DNA of 64,000 nt from Octopus vulgaris (GCA_951406725.2 OX597836.1:33914001-33978000); one strand, 5' to 3'. Shown: positions 13,218 through 29,173, numbered from the stretch's first letter. The notes: generated by a model from the sequence alone, not told the origin. Program-made: numbers and translations.

Positions 13218-13614
13218 TTATACTAATTATCTTTTTTTAATAATTTTGATATATATTTAAAATAATATAAATTAATGAATCTTATGTATTGGCTTAAGTT
13301 TTTCATTGTATGATTTGCCTAATAGTGGTTTTATCTCTAATTTAATATAATATATGCATATATATAGATATACATTGATGCATACATACATACATGCATA
13401 CTTGTACCTTGTAATATTTGTACGACATAGCTCAAGAGAGATGGAGTGTGAGAAGTGCTCTGATTAGTTTCATGCATCAAAATACATCGGTTACACGGCA
13501 GGGGAATTCCTGCTGTCCTTGGTGCTGCTGCTGCTGTCTAAAAGTCTACATCAACACATAAATATATATATACATACATGCATACAAATATATATATATA
13601 TATATATTTATATA

Positions 13615-13938
13615 TACTCTTTTAGTTGTTTCAGTCATTTTAATCGAGCAAATCGACTTATTCTTTGTAAGCTTTATTCTATCGGTCACTTTTTGGCCGA
13701 ACGGGGACGTAAACACACCAGCATCGGTTGTCAAGCGATGTTGGGGGGACAAACACAGACATACAAACGCACACACACACACATATACTTACATATAAAT
13801 ATATAAGACGGGCTTCTTTCAGTTTCCGTCAATCAAATCCACAAGGTCGGCCCGATGCTATAGTAGAAGACAGTGGGACTGAACCCGGAACCATGTGGTT
13901 GGTAAGAAAGCTACCTACCACACAGCCACTCCTGCGCC
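13615..13938 (-). mobile_element. SINE family A with internal deletions
   Basis: Reverse complement of both A modules. Confidence 0.8.
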
Positions 13939-14186
13939 TATATATATATACACCGATTATAGTAAATTTCAATTAAGCATCAAAAAGTTTAAGAGGGCAG
14001 AAATCAAGCAAAACCTTCATGCATAACGATGTTCTCGGTGACTTTTGAATTATTTTCTGGTAATGTCATTAAACTTTGAAACGGGGAGAAAGTGAGAGAG
14101 AGTGAGGGGATTGTTGAGAGATGATGGTGATGATGGTGATGATAATAATAATAATAATAATAATAATGATAATAATGATAATAATG

Positions 14187-14238
<52 letters not shown>

Positions 14239-14240
14239 TG

Positions 14241-14379
<139 letters not shown>

Positions 14380-14500
14380 GAACAACAACATCAACAACAA
14401 CAATAGCAGCAGCAACAACAACATCAACAATAATAATACTAATAATAACAACAACAACAATAATAACAACAACGGCAACAAGAACAAGAACAACAACAAC

Positions 14501-14615
<115 letters not shown>

Positions 14616-14670
14616 TTAATAATAATAATAATAATAATAATAAAAATGATAATAAGTATAATAATAACAA

Positions 14671-14751
<81 letters not shown>

Positions 14752-14990
14752 TGATGATGATGATAATAATAATAAAAATAATAAAAATCCTTTCCAATGT
14801 AGGCACAAGGCCTGAAATTTGTGGGGAGGGAGTAGGTCGATCACATCGATCTCAGTATTTGGCTGGTATTTAATTTATCAACCCCCAAAAGTCCTGAAAT
14901 TTGGGTGGGAGGGGACTAGTCGATTATCGACCCCAGTATTTCACTGGCACTTAATTTATCGACCCCTTCGGCTGAATTTGAACTCAGAAC

Positions 14991-15112
<122 letters not shown>

Positions 15113-15330
15113 CCTTTCTTTATATGGGCAAAAGCCTGAAATTTGTAGGGAGGGGGTACGTCGATCATATCGACCCCAGTACGCAACTGGTACTTAATTT
15201 ATCGACTCCGAAAGAATGAAAGGGCAAATTCGACCTCGATGGAATTTGAACTCAGAACGTAAGGACCGACGAAACAGCGCTAAGCATTTTTGTCCCGCGT
15301 GCTAACGATTCCACTAAGCTCGCTGCCTAC

Positions 15331-15445
<115 letters not shown>

Positions 15446-15458
15446 CGATGATGATGAC

Positions 15459-15499
<41 letters not shown>

Positions 15500-15521
15500 C
15501 GATGATGATGACGATGATGAC

Positions 15522-15570
<49 letters not shown>

Positions 15571-15583
15571 TTGATGATGAAGG

Positions 15584-15657
<74 letters not shown>

Positions 15658-15670
15658 TTGATGATGAAGG

Positions 15671-15747
<77 letters not shown>

Positions 15748-16117
15748 TTGATGATGATGATGATGATGATGATGGTGATGATGAAGATGATGATGGTGAT
15801 GATGATGACGACGACGACAAAAATGTTTTGGAATTTTGGCGCCCAAGGCTAGCAATTTTTCGGAAGAGGGAGTAAGTTGATCACTTATCATCACCAGTGT
15901 TCAAATGGTACTTATTTTATCCTCCCAAACGATGAAAGGCAAAGTCGACCTAATTGTAATTTGAATTCAGTATGGAAAAAACCCCCAAAAAACAGAAAAA
16001 GGAAAAAAGAAAATGAGCCGGTAGGCCTTTTATCCTTTCGCGGTCAATAAACACTGCGGTCGATGTAATCGACTAGTCCTTTCTCCCCAAATTTTAGGAC
16101 TTGTGTCTATAGTAGGA

Positions 16118-16192
<75 letters not shown>

Positions 16193-16361
16193 TAAAATTT
16201 ATTTTTATAGCGTGCTTTCACTTCACTACCGAGTGCAGCTCTGTGTTCCTTGGGTATGTGCTGTGGTTTGCTGTGATGTTCTTATGGTTACTGTATTGAA
16301 CGTGTTTTGCGTAGGATGTGTGCAGTGCCCAGCAGTGCAATTTTCTGTATGTTGTTGTTGC

Positions 16362-16469
<108 letters not shown>

Positions 16470-16477
16470 CATCATAA

Positions 16478-16875
16478 GGCGGCGAGCTGGCAGAAACGTT
16501 AGCACGCCGGGCGAAATGCTTAGCGGTATTTCGTCTGCGTTACGTTGTGAGTTCAAATTCCGCCGAGGTCGACTTTGCCTTTCATCCTTTCGGGGTCGAT
16601 AAATTAAGTACCAGTTACACACTGGGGTCAATATAAATCGACTTAATCCGTTTTTCTGTCCTGGTTTGTCCTATCTGTGTTTAGCCCCTTGTGGGTAGTA
16701 ACGAAATAGGTATTTCATCTGTCTTTACTTTCTGAATTCAAATTCCGTCGAGGTCGACTTTGCCTTTCATCCTTTTCGGGGTCGATAAAGTATGTACCAG
16801 TTGTGTATTGGGGTCGATCTAATCGACTGACCCCCTTCCCCAAAATTTCGGGCATTGTGCCTAGAGTAGAAAAGA
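16478..16875 (+). mobile_element. SINE family C with duplicated 3' module
   Basis: Same head and core as 1221-1636, flanked by (ATT)n. Confidence 0.85.
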
Positions 16876-16986
16876 TTATTATTATTATTATTCGTGTAAT
16901 TTGTTTTTTGTTTGTTTTCGTTTTTGTTTATTATTATTTTGTTCATGTGTTTACATCCACTTACTATTATTATTATTATTATTATT

Positions 16987-17436
16987 GAGTGAAAGAGCAG
17001 TTCATGCCATCAAAGTGACACTGGGGTAAAATATACGAAGCCCAGTATACCCATCATGACTACCAGTCTGATAAGGGTACACCAGGCACATGCATCACAA
17101 CCATATGTGCGCGACATGGTGATCTCATATCAAGATAAACAGCACATGACCTTGCAGGTGGGGCCCAGTTAGAATTTTCTTCAGGTTGAGTAGCCCATCT
17201 CGCTCAAAAGGTCCCTGAATAAGGGTTGTTTAAGGATGTTGAAAGAACCACCCATGTTTCCGGAGGTGAATTATTCAAACCCCAAAGAATCCCTCTCAAC
17301 ACATGGCTATGATGCTCCCCCACTACTTCTGCTCGTGATCAGAGATGCACATAAAGTCAGCCGCTAAGGGACATGCTCAACTGGTTAAGGTCAAACAACT
17401 GACAAGCAAATCTGTGGTATTGAGCAGAATATTTGC
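16987..17436. mobile_element. Unclassified 450-bp non-coding insert within an (ATT)n tract
   Basis: Complex sequence with sharp (ATT)n boundaries on both sides and no ORF. Confidence 0.5.
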
Positions 17437-17453
17437 TTATTATTATTATTATT

Positions 17454-17504
<51 letters not shown>

Positions 17505-17734
17505 ATTAATATTCTTCTTCTTCTTCTTCTTCTTCTTCTTCTTCGTTATTGTTGTTGTTGTTGTTTTTGTTGTTGTTGTAGATGTTGTTGTTATTAATAT
17601 TCTTGTTGTTGTTGTTGTTGTTGTTGTTGTAGATGTTGTTATTAATATTCTTCTTCTTCTACTTCTTCTTCTTCTTCTTCTTCTTATTGTTGTTGTTGTT
17701 GTTGTTGTTATTATTATTATTATTATTGTTATTA

Positions 17735-17783
<49 letters not shown>

Positions 17784-17800
17784 CATCATCATCATCATCA

Positions 17801-18011
<211 letters not shown>

Positions 18012-18330
18012 GCTTCTGCAGTAGTATATTAGTAGTTACTGTCGTTAGCTAAAACGTCTTTCCTTATCCAGCGACTCTCATCTCATCTCACGAGAAGAGT
18101 AAGTGTTCTTGAATACCCCTAAATCCATCCCACTCTTCAGTCACGCTCTGATTCCAGTTTAGGAAATCTGTTGCATCAAGCCACCAATGATCATACAACA
18201 TTGTGAGAATAAAAACGCTCGAAGCAATAAATCATCTCTTGTATATATATAAAGGGATTTAAATACTACGTCCGTCTCTCTCTCTGCCTCTCTCCTCCCA
18301 TTTATATATATATATATATATATATACACC

Positions 18331-18775
18331 CAGCTGGAGAAATAACGAAAAACTGTACGTGGATTGAACTGTGATATCAAAATGAAACTTGGATTAGACA
18401 TATCTGCCAAAACTACTTTTAAGACGAAGAAAATTAATTGTAACTCAAAGCATTAAGCTAGATTTAGAAACTGAAATCAGAGATTTAGGATAAAGACAAG
18501 TAAGCCAGTATACAGGAATATTATGAAGCCGATAAGAAAAGAAAAAAAAGCGGGGGGGAAAAAAAGACTTACTGAAACGAAGTATAAAATTTAAGATAAG
18601 TATACTATAAAAGAGGATAATTTTTTAAAATAACGTATCCAATAGAATGCTGGCTATAAGATAATAGGCATAAATAAACTAGATATGCCAGCCATAAACC
18701 ATAGCTTCAATATAATAAATTGAATCTTGGGGTGAACTAATGAACTTAGATAGGGAAAAAATAGAAAACTACTTA
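18331..18775 (+). pseudogene. Decayed R4/Dong-like non-LTR reverse transcriptase fragment
   Basis: Frameshifted translation DIKMKLGLDISAKTTFK / IKLDLETEIRDL / KIIGINKLDMPAINHSFNIIN / ELMNLDR resembles DI.M.FGLDKCAK and NKI.AIN.LA.P...YSF.IINW of R4-clade RTs. Confidence 0.65.
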
Positions 18776-18815
18776 TGGTATTCCCAACCTACATACTTTA
18801 GTCTAAGCAGATATG

Positions 18816-18873
<58 letters not shown>

Positions 18874-18876
<3 letters not shown>

Positions 18877-19260
18877 GTAGCAGTGATTGTGTGGTAAGTA
18901 GCTTGCTTACCAACCACATGGTTCCGGGTTCAGTCCCACTGCGTGGCACCTTGGGCAAGTGTCTTCCACTATAGCCTCGGACTTAGCAAAGCCTTGTGAG
19001 TGGATTTGGTAGACGGAAACTGAAAGAAGCCCATCGTATATATGTGTATATATATATGTGTGTGTTTGTGTGTCTGTGTTTTTCCCCCTAAATATCGCTT
19101 GACAACCGATGGTGGTGTGTTTGCGTCCCTCGTAACTTAGGGGTTCGGCAAAAGAGACCGATAGAACAAGTACTAGGCTTACAAAGAATAAGTCCTGGGG
19201 TCGATTTGCTCCAGCATGGCCACAGTCAAAATGACTGAAACAAGTAAAAGAGTAAAAGAG
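18874..19260 (+). mobile_element. Near full-length SINE family A
   Basis: Head, CORE-like part, internal (TA)(TG), 3' module and (GTAAAAGA)n tail. Confidence 0.9.
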
Positions 19261-19309
19261 TATAAACCGGCAACCCCACCAAGCTTGCTTGGTGAGGCAA
19301 CTTGATAAA

Positions 19310-19617
19310 ATATCTTCTATTATAGCCTCGGGCCGGCAAAACCCTTGTGAGTGGATTCGGTAGCGGGAAACTGAAAGAAGCTCGTCGTGTAAATGCGCGC
19401 GTGTGTGTTTGTATTTGTCCCCCAACATTGCTTGACAGCCGATGTTGGTACATTTACACCCCCGTAACATAATGGTTCCGCGAAAGAGACTGATACAATA
19501 AGTACCAAGCTTTAAAAAAATAAGTACCGAGGTAGATTCGTTCGACTAAAATTCTCTTAGGCAGTGCCCCAGCATGGCCGCAGTCTAATGACTGAATCAG
19601 ATAAGCGATAAAAGATA
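19310..19617 (+). mobile_element. 5'-truncated SINE family A
   Basis: Diverged copy directly downstream of the previous one. Confidence 0.8.
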
Positions 19618-20124
19618 AATGATCTTTTGAATTTCTAAATAAAACCTAAATCAACAAAACATTGTGAGAGATATGCTGAGCAACAATCATACAACAATCT
19701 TTTCTAAATGCCATTGACCTGAAGATGATACACCTAAACATACACACCTAATTACAAAACTATACATGCATGAATAACTTCTAACTATCAGCACTTACCC
19801 AAATTTAATCACGGAAATTTCTCCATAGGCACAGGTGTGGCTGTGTGGTAAGAAGCATGCTTCTCAACCACATGGTTCCAGCTTCAGACCCATTGCGTGG
19901 CTCCTTGGACAAGTGTCTCCTACTATAGCCTCGGGCTGCTTCAGCCTATGGTCAAGAGACAATCCGACTTAAATTGCCCATAGATGCCATTGTAATATAG
20001 TCCTAGGCATTAAAGATTATATTTGTCTGTTTAAATAACCAAAGGCCTCGTCAGAGGATATACATAACTATAAATTTATAATAATAATGTTGATATATAA
20101 AAAACATGCTTCCCATACTATCCA

Positions 20125-20495
20125 AACGTTACCCCAACCGCAGAACGGGGCGCCACTGCATGGTGCCAAAGATTCCAACATCACCATCAAAATACAGGAC
20201 CAGATACTGCAACAGCTTGGGTTTCAGAGGACCACAGCTCTTTAACATCCTCCCTAAATGCCTGAGAGACTTGCATGGTGTGAATGTGGGCTTCTTTAAA
20301 ACTAAACTGGATCTCTTCTTGTCGGGGGTCCCAGATGAACCTACCTCACGACAGGAGACACAGATGCGGGTAGCGGCATCGAAGTCCCTTGTTGATCAAG
20401 TGCCACGTATCAGAGGTGGATTCACATATTAGTGTAGCTCATTCAGCGGTGGTGCCCCAGCTAAAACATTTTTAAGGATTTAAGGATTTAAGGAT
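20125..20495 (+). mobile_element. 5'-truncated CR1-group LINE 3' end
   Basis: ORF 20106-20432 (NSLGFRGPQLFNILPKCLR..FKTKLDLFLSGVPDEP); (TTTAAGGA)n tail; near-identical to 45736-46065. Confidence 0.85.
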
Positions 20496-20545
20496 ATCCA
20501 ATAAAAGCAAGAAAATAGATAATTAGACAGATATTCAAAATACAC

Positions 20546-20652
<107 letters not shown>

Positions 20653-21261
20653 TAAACACATATATACATATAAACATATAAAATATACAAATATACATAC
20701 ATAAACACACATAGGCAAATTGTACATATTAATCACATGTGCAATCTGTGCTTGTGCTTTCATTCGATAACCGGTGTTGGTTTGTTTACTCCTTTATAAC
20801 ATTAGCGGTTTGGCAAAAAAAGTCCGATACTATAAGACCCAGACTAAAGACCCAAAAACAAAAAGAAAACCCCCAAAAAATGATAAACAAAACAAAACAA
20901 AAAACCCCCAAAAGCCAAGCAAAAAAATGAAAACGAAAGTAAGTACAGGAGGCGATATATTCTCCAAGAAACCATCAACATTGTCCCCCCCCCCCACACA
21001 CACACCTCAGCATGGCCACGCAGAGCAATGACTGAAACACGTCAAAGATAAACGATGGAAGAAGATAATACTTCAGAAAGAATGTAATGGCGGTCCCATG
21101 CCAGCAGGATTTTGTGAAATGAAAAAGGAGGTATTGAAACTGCTTTGGGTGGTATATCTAGCGAGATGGTAGTCATGTGGTGTTTGTTAAAAGAAGTGAA
21201 GAAAGCTATCGCACTCCTCCATCACTCACACACACATACATACACACATACATACACACAC

Positions 21262-21315
<54 letters not shown>

Positions 21316-21525
21316 CGCAGGCATACAGATAGACAAGCACTCGTAGCATGCGTAAATACTTAAACACCCATTCATTGTTTGCGTACGCGTATGAGTGTAT
21401 GCGCGCGCGCACACACACACACACGTACACACACACACACACACACAAACATATATATATATACATAAGTACGCACAATTACACGCATATAATATATATA
21501 TAAATATACATACACATACATATAT

Positions 21526-21578
<53 letters not shown>

Positions 21579-21594
21579 TGAATCTATCTATCTC

Positions 21595-21656
<62 letters not shown>

Positions 21657-21770
21657 CATATGTGTATATACATACACGCACGCACACACACACATAAAAG
21701 TACTCACACTTATCCCTCTAAGCGAATATATGAATGTTTATATATTTTGTATATATACATGTGTGACCGT

Positions 21771-21805
<35 letters not shown>

Positions 21806-21877
21806 TATACATATATATATACACGCACACGCACATACATATATATATACATATGGACATATGAATAAAATTCTTTT

Positions 21878-21923
<46 letters not shown>

Positions 21924-22096
21924 CACATACATCCTTACATACACACACACGCACATATCAATGCATACATGTATGTAGTGTGTGCGTTGTTTATGCGCTT
22001 AGAAGCAGAGCAAAAAAAGAAACAAAAAGTTCCCATCATGGAAACAATAGACATATTCACACACACACACACACACACGCACACACACTCACACAA

Positions 22097-22129
<33 letters not shown>

Positions 22130-22469
22130 CACACGCACACACACTCACACAAACACGCACGCGCACACACACGCTCACAACGCCAAACCCCGTTCGTTCG
22201 TTCGTTCGGGTGGGTTTGTTTTGTGAGGACATCAACACAGCAGGATGTTTCTTGGTGGGGAATCGACAGAGAAGCGAGTTTCTATCATCAGCCATTGCAC
22301 CTATTCAATCCCAGATGTGCGATGCCGATCTGCAAGGTCTCTACCAAAGCTCTCCCACTGTTTACACTCTCGTGAATAACTGTATTGTATTATTGTGCCA
22401 TACACACGTCCATACACACACATGCATACATTGACCTATACATAAATATATGCGTGTGTGTATACACAC

Positions 22470-22500
<31 letters not shown>

Positions 22501-22533
22501 TAATTTATACACGCATATATATGTATGTGTTCG

Positions 22534-22604
<71 letters not shown>

Positions 22605-22625
22605 ATGTATGCATGTATACTCATG

Positions 22626-22673
<48 letters not shown>

Positions 22674-22730
22674 TATATATTGGAATGATACGGATGACAT
22701 GAATTGAATCAATATATGTGTATGCGTGTC

Positions 22731-22762
<32 letters not shown>

Positions 22763-22784
22763 TATCTATATATATATGTATATG

Positions 22785-22815
<31 letters not shown>

Positions 22816-23135
22816 GTCTGTATATATACATACATATACATGTGTATATATATATATATGCCTGTGTGCGCGCGCTAGTGTATGTATGTGTATGTATGTG
22901 TGGGTATATATATGTATGCATACATACATTTATATGAGTTTAAACACACAGATCTATCTATATATATGTATGTGTGTGTGTGTGTGTGTGTGTGTATGTA
23001 AACTTTTACGCACATTTGTATATCTGCATTTACGTGTTTACACATGCATATATACATAATTATACATATATGTATGTATGTATATATATAAAATATATGT
23101 TGCTAGGTTGGTGTGTATGTATGTATGTATGAGAA

Positions 23136-23174
<39 letters not shown>

Positions 23175-23177
23175 TAG

Positions 23178-23254
<77 letters not shown>

Positions 23255-23815
23255 TGTCTTGTTGTGTGAAAGGGGTGCCCGAAAAACCAAATGAAAGATC
23301 CTAAACGTACGCTATAGTGCAGGATAGGGTCGGCGTTGAGAAAAGTGAACCAGATGGGCCGAATGTTATTCCGATTAATGGAAGTCGTGTTGGTTTGTAA
23401 CTAAACAGAAGGCCATATGATTCGTGTTAAGTTTATGGGCAAAAGTTAACCATGTGGGCAAAGAACAAGAAAAAAAACCCAGAAAAGACGGATGGAGGGG
23501 TGGGCCTTCATTGAAATAATCAAGATACAAGGTAGGCTGGTAGAGGTATTGGCCTTTTAACAGCTGAACAGATCGGGTTTTTTTGTATATGTATGTATGT
23601 GTGTGTGTGTGTGTGTGTGCGTGTGTGTGTATCGATGCATGCACGCACATACGCATACTTGTATGTATGTATGTATGCGCGTATGCATGCATGTACGTTA
23701 TGCATGTATGTACGAATATATGTATGTACGTAGGTACGTATGCATGTAGGTGTTTGTACATGCCTGCGTACGTATGGTATGAAAGTATGTTACTATTTAC
23801 GTAACTTTTTATCTG

Positions 23816-23901
<86 letters not shown>

Positions 23902-23924
23902 TTATACATATATCTATCTGTCTG

Positions 23925-23993
<69 letters not shown>

Positions 23994-24103
23994 ACCGTAC
24001 GTTTAGGATCTTTCATTTGGTTTTTCGGGCACCCCTTTCACACAACAAGACATCTCTCTGTCTGTCTCTTTCTCTCTCTCTCTCATACATGCATACACAT
24101 CTA

Positions 24104-24185
<82 letters not shown>

Positions 24186-24372
24186 GCCTGTCTGTATGGA
24201 TCGGAGCGATCTCAAGATTAATCAGCCGAAATTGCGAGGATGATCTGGTTCTTGACTGAAGATTAGAGGCTTCGAATGACCCGTCCGTTTTTTTGTTTCG
24301 TCTATTTGAATGTTTTGCGTTCTTGTCCATTCTTGTGTTTTTATATATATTTTTTTTATACATATATATATA

Positions 24373-25586
24373 TGAGTAAAATGTAAGCAACGTTCTGAAA
24401 ATATGAAATTCACCACAATATATATTTCAACAATGCGGTAATTTTATTCATTAAAGTACGATACCGTTACAATCAACACGGTTTTTACCAGCGAATTGCA
24501 AGTTTGTTTATTCCGGTAACATAAAAATCTGGAGTACTGGAGCAGATGAACTCTTTGAACACACTTTCAGCATCGGTTTGATTTTTGAACTCCTTCTCTC
24601 GCAGGAAATCATCAAGGTGCTTGAAGAAGTAGTAGTCGGTAGGAGAAAGGTCCGAGGAATAAGCAGGATGGGGAAGAACTTTGTAGCCAACTTCCTTCAA
24701 CTTCTGGAGTGTCATTAGTGAAATGTGTGGTCGGGCATTGTCATGAAAAATGACTAGCCCACTTCTGTCGGCCAGTCTGGGACGGAGGAGTAGCATTTTT
24801 CGTTCATTTTGGCAATTTCATGGAAATATGTTTCTGCAGTAATGGTTTTCCCGGGTTTTAAGAAGTCATAGTGGATGAGTCCCGCAGTACACCACAAAAC
24901 GATCACCATAACCTTCTTATTGAAGAGCTCAGGTTTAGGGAAGGTTTTCGGTGCTTCATTTTGGTGCAACCACCGCGATGAAGGTTTTTTTATTATTGTA
25001 CAGAATCCACTTTTCATCGCAAGTTACAATACAGCCGAGAAATGAATCGGTCTGGTTACTGAGAAGCGATGAGCAAATTTCATATCTGCGCATTGTCTGA
25101 TTTTCATTCAAATCGCTTGGAACCCATTTGTTGAGCTTTTTTGATTTTTTGATCGCATGCAAATGGTTGCCGGTTCTCAAGTGGTTTTACGTGGATCTTT
25201 CTCAATAATTGGCCATCATCGATGAGAGATGAACGCCCACTGCTAAATCGTTTAGACCATTTTCGAGCTGACCACTCACTGGTCATTTCCTCACCAAACA
25301 TTTCGTTTTGTTTTCGCGAGCATCTTCATCTGCTTTAAGTCCTTTTTTCAAGTTGGATAGCAAAATTGCTCGATTATCGCGCTTTGACAGTTCCATTTCT
25401 GATGATTGTAACAATTGTGAAAAAAATACCAATGTTAAAGTCATTCATGCTCTTGGGTTAGTCTATAATTGTATTATCAGACAATTGCAAAACAAAAAAA
25501 ATGTATAAATGAATTTCAAAACCCTGCAAAAATCCGGTACATATTCTTCCCGCTTCAAAACGTTGCTTACTTTTTACTCAACCTGA
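24373..25586 (-). mobile_element. Near full-length decayed mariner transposon
   Basis: TIRs TGAGTAAAA.GTAAGCAACGTT.TGAA at both ends. Frameshifted transposase with WVP..L, IVTCDEKW, HDNARPH and HPAYSSDLSPTDY motifs. Confidence 0.92.
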
Positions 25587-25835
25587 TGGTTTTTATTGGT
25601 TTCTTGGCAATATAGTCGCCAAGCGCAATAGACTATATGAAACCAATGGTAGCTTTCTGATTATACTACTTAACAACATAAAATATAACTATTACAAGAA
25701 AAAATAAATATGTATATATGGTTCCAGATTCAGTTCCACTGCATGGCACATTGGGAAAATATGTTCTACTGTAGCCTTGGGCTGACCGAAGCCTTGTGTG
25801 TGGATTTGGTTAACAGAAACTGAAAGAATCCCATC

Positions 25836-25893
<58 letters not shown>

Positions 25894-26063
25894 AAATAGT
25901 GTACATTTAGACACAAAAGAAATCTACCCTTTAACATGTAATTTTTACATGTTTAAATGTACACTATTTTAAAATATGAATATGTTGTCTATTGACTATT
26001 TATACATGCTAGGCTACTGGTGGTGATATTTATAACGAACAATCGCTACCCTATATATGTATG

Positions 26064-26118
<55 letters not shown>

Positions 26119-26120
26119 GT

Positions 26121-26558
26121 AGGCGGAGACGTGGCTCTGTTGTAGGAAGCATGCTTCCCGACGACAAGGTTCGGGGATCAGTCCCACTGAGTGACACATT
26201 GGGCAAGTGTCCACTACTATATTCTCGGGCGGACCAAAGCCCTGTGAGTTATCGGAAATTGAAAGAAGCCTGTTGAATATGTGTGTGTGTGTGTGTGTAT
26301 GTGTGTGTGTGCGTGTGTGTGTGAGTGCACGCGTGCATGCGTGTATGCGTTTGCGTCTGTGTTTGCCTCCCACTACCGCTTGACAACCGGTGTTGGTGTG
26401 GTAACGTCGTCATAATCTAGCGGTTCGGCGAAAGTAAGCAGGAGAATAAGTACCAGACTTTAAAGAAACATGTATTGGAATCCATTCATTAGACTAAATA
26501 TTCTTCAAGGTGGTGCTCCAGCATGGCCGCAGTCTGGTGGCTGAAACAAGTAAAAGAA
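26121..26558 (+). mobile_element. Diverged full-length SINE family A
   Basis: Both modules with an internal (TG)n. Confidence 0.8.
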
Positions 26559-26745
26559 CTAAAAAAAATATTTTGGGGGTCTGCATTTTTCTGACTTATT
26601 GAGAACTCACCAATTATATATAATCATCTGTGAGGTCATAGATTTTCGTCGTTCCATCTATGACCATTCAGATGACTATTCAATTTCGCTGCAGATCTGC
26701 ATGGTTAGAAACATAGGAGTTTTATTATTCTACTTGCTTCCAATA

Positions 26746-26833
<88 letters not shown>

Positions 26834-28824
26834 CGTCTGTGTGTCTGTCTGTGTGTCTGTCTGTGTGTCTATCTGTGTGTCTATCTGTGTGTCTGTCTGT
26901 CTGTATGTATGTATTCATGTGTGTGTATACATATATATATATGTCTACATGCATGTAGGTTTTGTGTTTGTATACATGCATGTATGTATGTATGTGCAAC
27001 AATGTATGAATACGTATGAATGTCTTTGCGTATACATATACATTTATTTATTTCTATAAGTATATACATACATCGTACCATCATACACGCGCGCGCGCGC
27101 GCGCGCATGTGTGTGTGTGTGTGTGTGTTGTTTTCCTATCAGGTTTTAGTTCCTCTCTGAGACTAACGTTGCACCAAACAGGAAGTTGATGGAAACCAAC
27201 GTTGGGCGGAAAACCAATATTCCGCCTGGGATTTCGACTTTCACTATATCTATATGTTGCTCAGGACCCTTTTGGGGGCCCCATTTCTCCGTTCCAGCTG
27301 GTTTGCCACATGTATCCAATATCCATAACACTCCCACGTCATATTAGAAGCAATGCGTCGAGAAATCTTGAAATTTTAAAATTTATAATCGGGTTCGGTA
27401 TGGCTGTGGATAAGAAGTTTGGTTCCCAGCCAAATTGTGCTGAGTTCAGTCCCATTGCATAGAATCTTGGGCAAATGTCTTTTGCTATAGCTCGGAGGCC
27501 GACTAAAGCCTTGTGATTGGATCAAGTAGACGGAAACTGAAAGAAGCCCATCGTGTACATATACATGTTCACTTATAAGGTTATCTCAGTAGATTTTCTA
27601 TAGAATTTAGAGCCAGCACGACAAATTACGACGTTTCTTACGCGAACGCGTCCATATAAACAATGCGATTGAAGAAAAAAATCGGCGATGAGTGTACATG
27701 CATATTTCAAGTGTCGATTTTGCTTTTCATCCTTTCGGGGTCGATTAAATAAGTACCAGTTACGCACTGGGGTCGATATAATCGACTTAATCCGTTTGTA
27801 TGTCCTCTCTGTGTTTAGCCCCTTGTGGGTAGTAAAGAAATAGGTACGTGTGTGTATGTGTGTGTGTGTGTGTGAGTGTGTTTGCGCATATATGTGCGTG
27901 AATCTGTTCTGTACTTGTCTGTAAAATTTGAGACTGTACCTACATGAGTGTATATAATGTTGCGTAACTAGAAGAGTGTGTACGTGTATGTAAATATATA
28001 TGCGTATGCCTATACACATGCATAAATGTAAGCCTATGTATGCATGTATATATATGTGCATGTTTGTGCTTGTATATATATATATATATGTACATATATA
28101 TATATACATATATACACACTTGAGGTAACTCTATGTATATGTGTGTGTGCGTGTGTGCATTTGTTTGGATGCACTCATGTGCTTGTTTATATGTGAGAGA
28201 ATATGTGTGGATGTGTTCGTTGGGTCTGTCTGTGTGTGTGCGCGCGTGTATATAAATATAAGTATGTGTAAATATGTATGGATATACGTGGATGTGTCTA
28301 TATGTATGTATGTATTTATGCATGATGTATGTATGTATATATGTGTATGTGTGCTTGCGTATATTTAAGCGAGTGTGAATATGTTCGTGAAGCATGCGTA
28401 TATGCGTACACGTACAGAAGTCTATACTCATATGTATGTATCTGAGTATCAATGCATTTGTGTATGCGTGTGTCTGTGTGTATGTGTGTATGCGTGTGTG
28501 TGTGTGTGTATGTGTGCGTATCCGTGTTCGTGTGTGCGTGCGTGTAATTTCCTTCCCTGTGGGTTTCTGGAAGTAAAGAGTATAATTCTTGATCAAAATA
28601 TAGTCTGACATTATCACATCTCTCAATCTATTATCACATTATAAGATGTTGTTGTTGCTGTTGTTGTTGTTGTTGTTTACTGACATGTGTGTGCGTATAT
28701 ATATATATAATGCATTTGCATGTGGGTGCATTGTGTATGTGTGCGTGCGTGCGTGCGTATTTACAAATGCATACATATATATTCATGTGAATGTATATAT
28801 ATGTATACATGTATTTTGCACAAA

Positions 28825-28889
<65 letters not shown>

Positions 28890-29173
28890 GCACGTATGTA
28901 GCTGCACGAATATTATACACATACGTGTATAGATATACGTGTATAATACGCATAAATACATATCTGCTTATATATGTAACTATATCTATGTATGTTAATA
29001 TACATAAACACACACAAAAACACACACACACATACACACACACACACATATATATATGCATGTGTGAGTATTTCCATACGACCACGTTTATGCACACATA
29101 GTCATATATAAACTCCTACACATATATAACTATGTATATATTTTATGTAGAATTGTATACATATATCCATATA

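Noticed and set aside
24373-25586. Active transposase or SETMAR-like domesticated gene
   Set aside because: Multiple frameshifts and stops; no fused domain.
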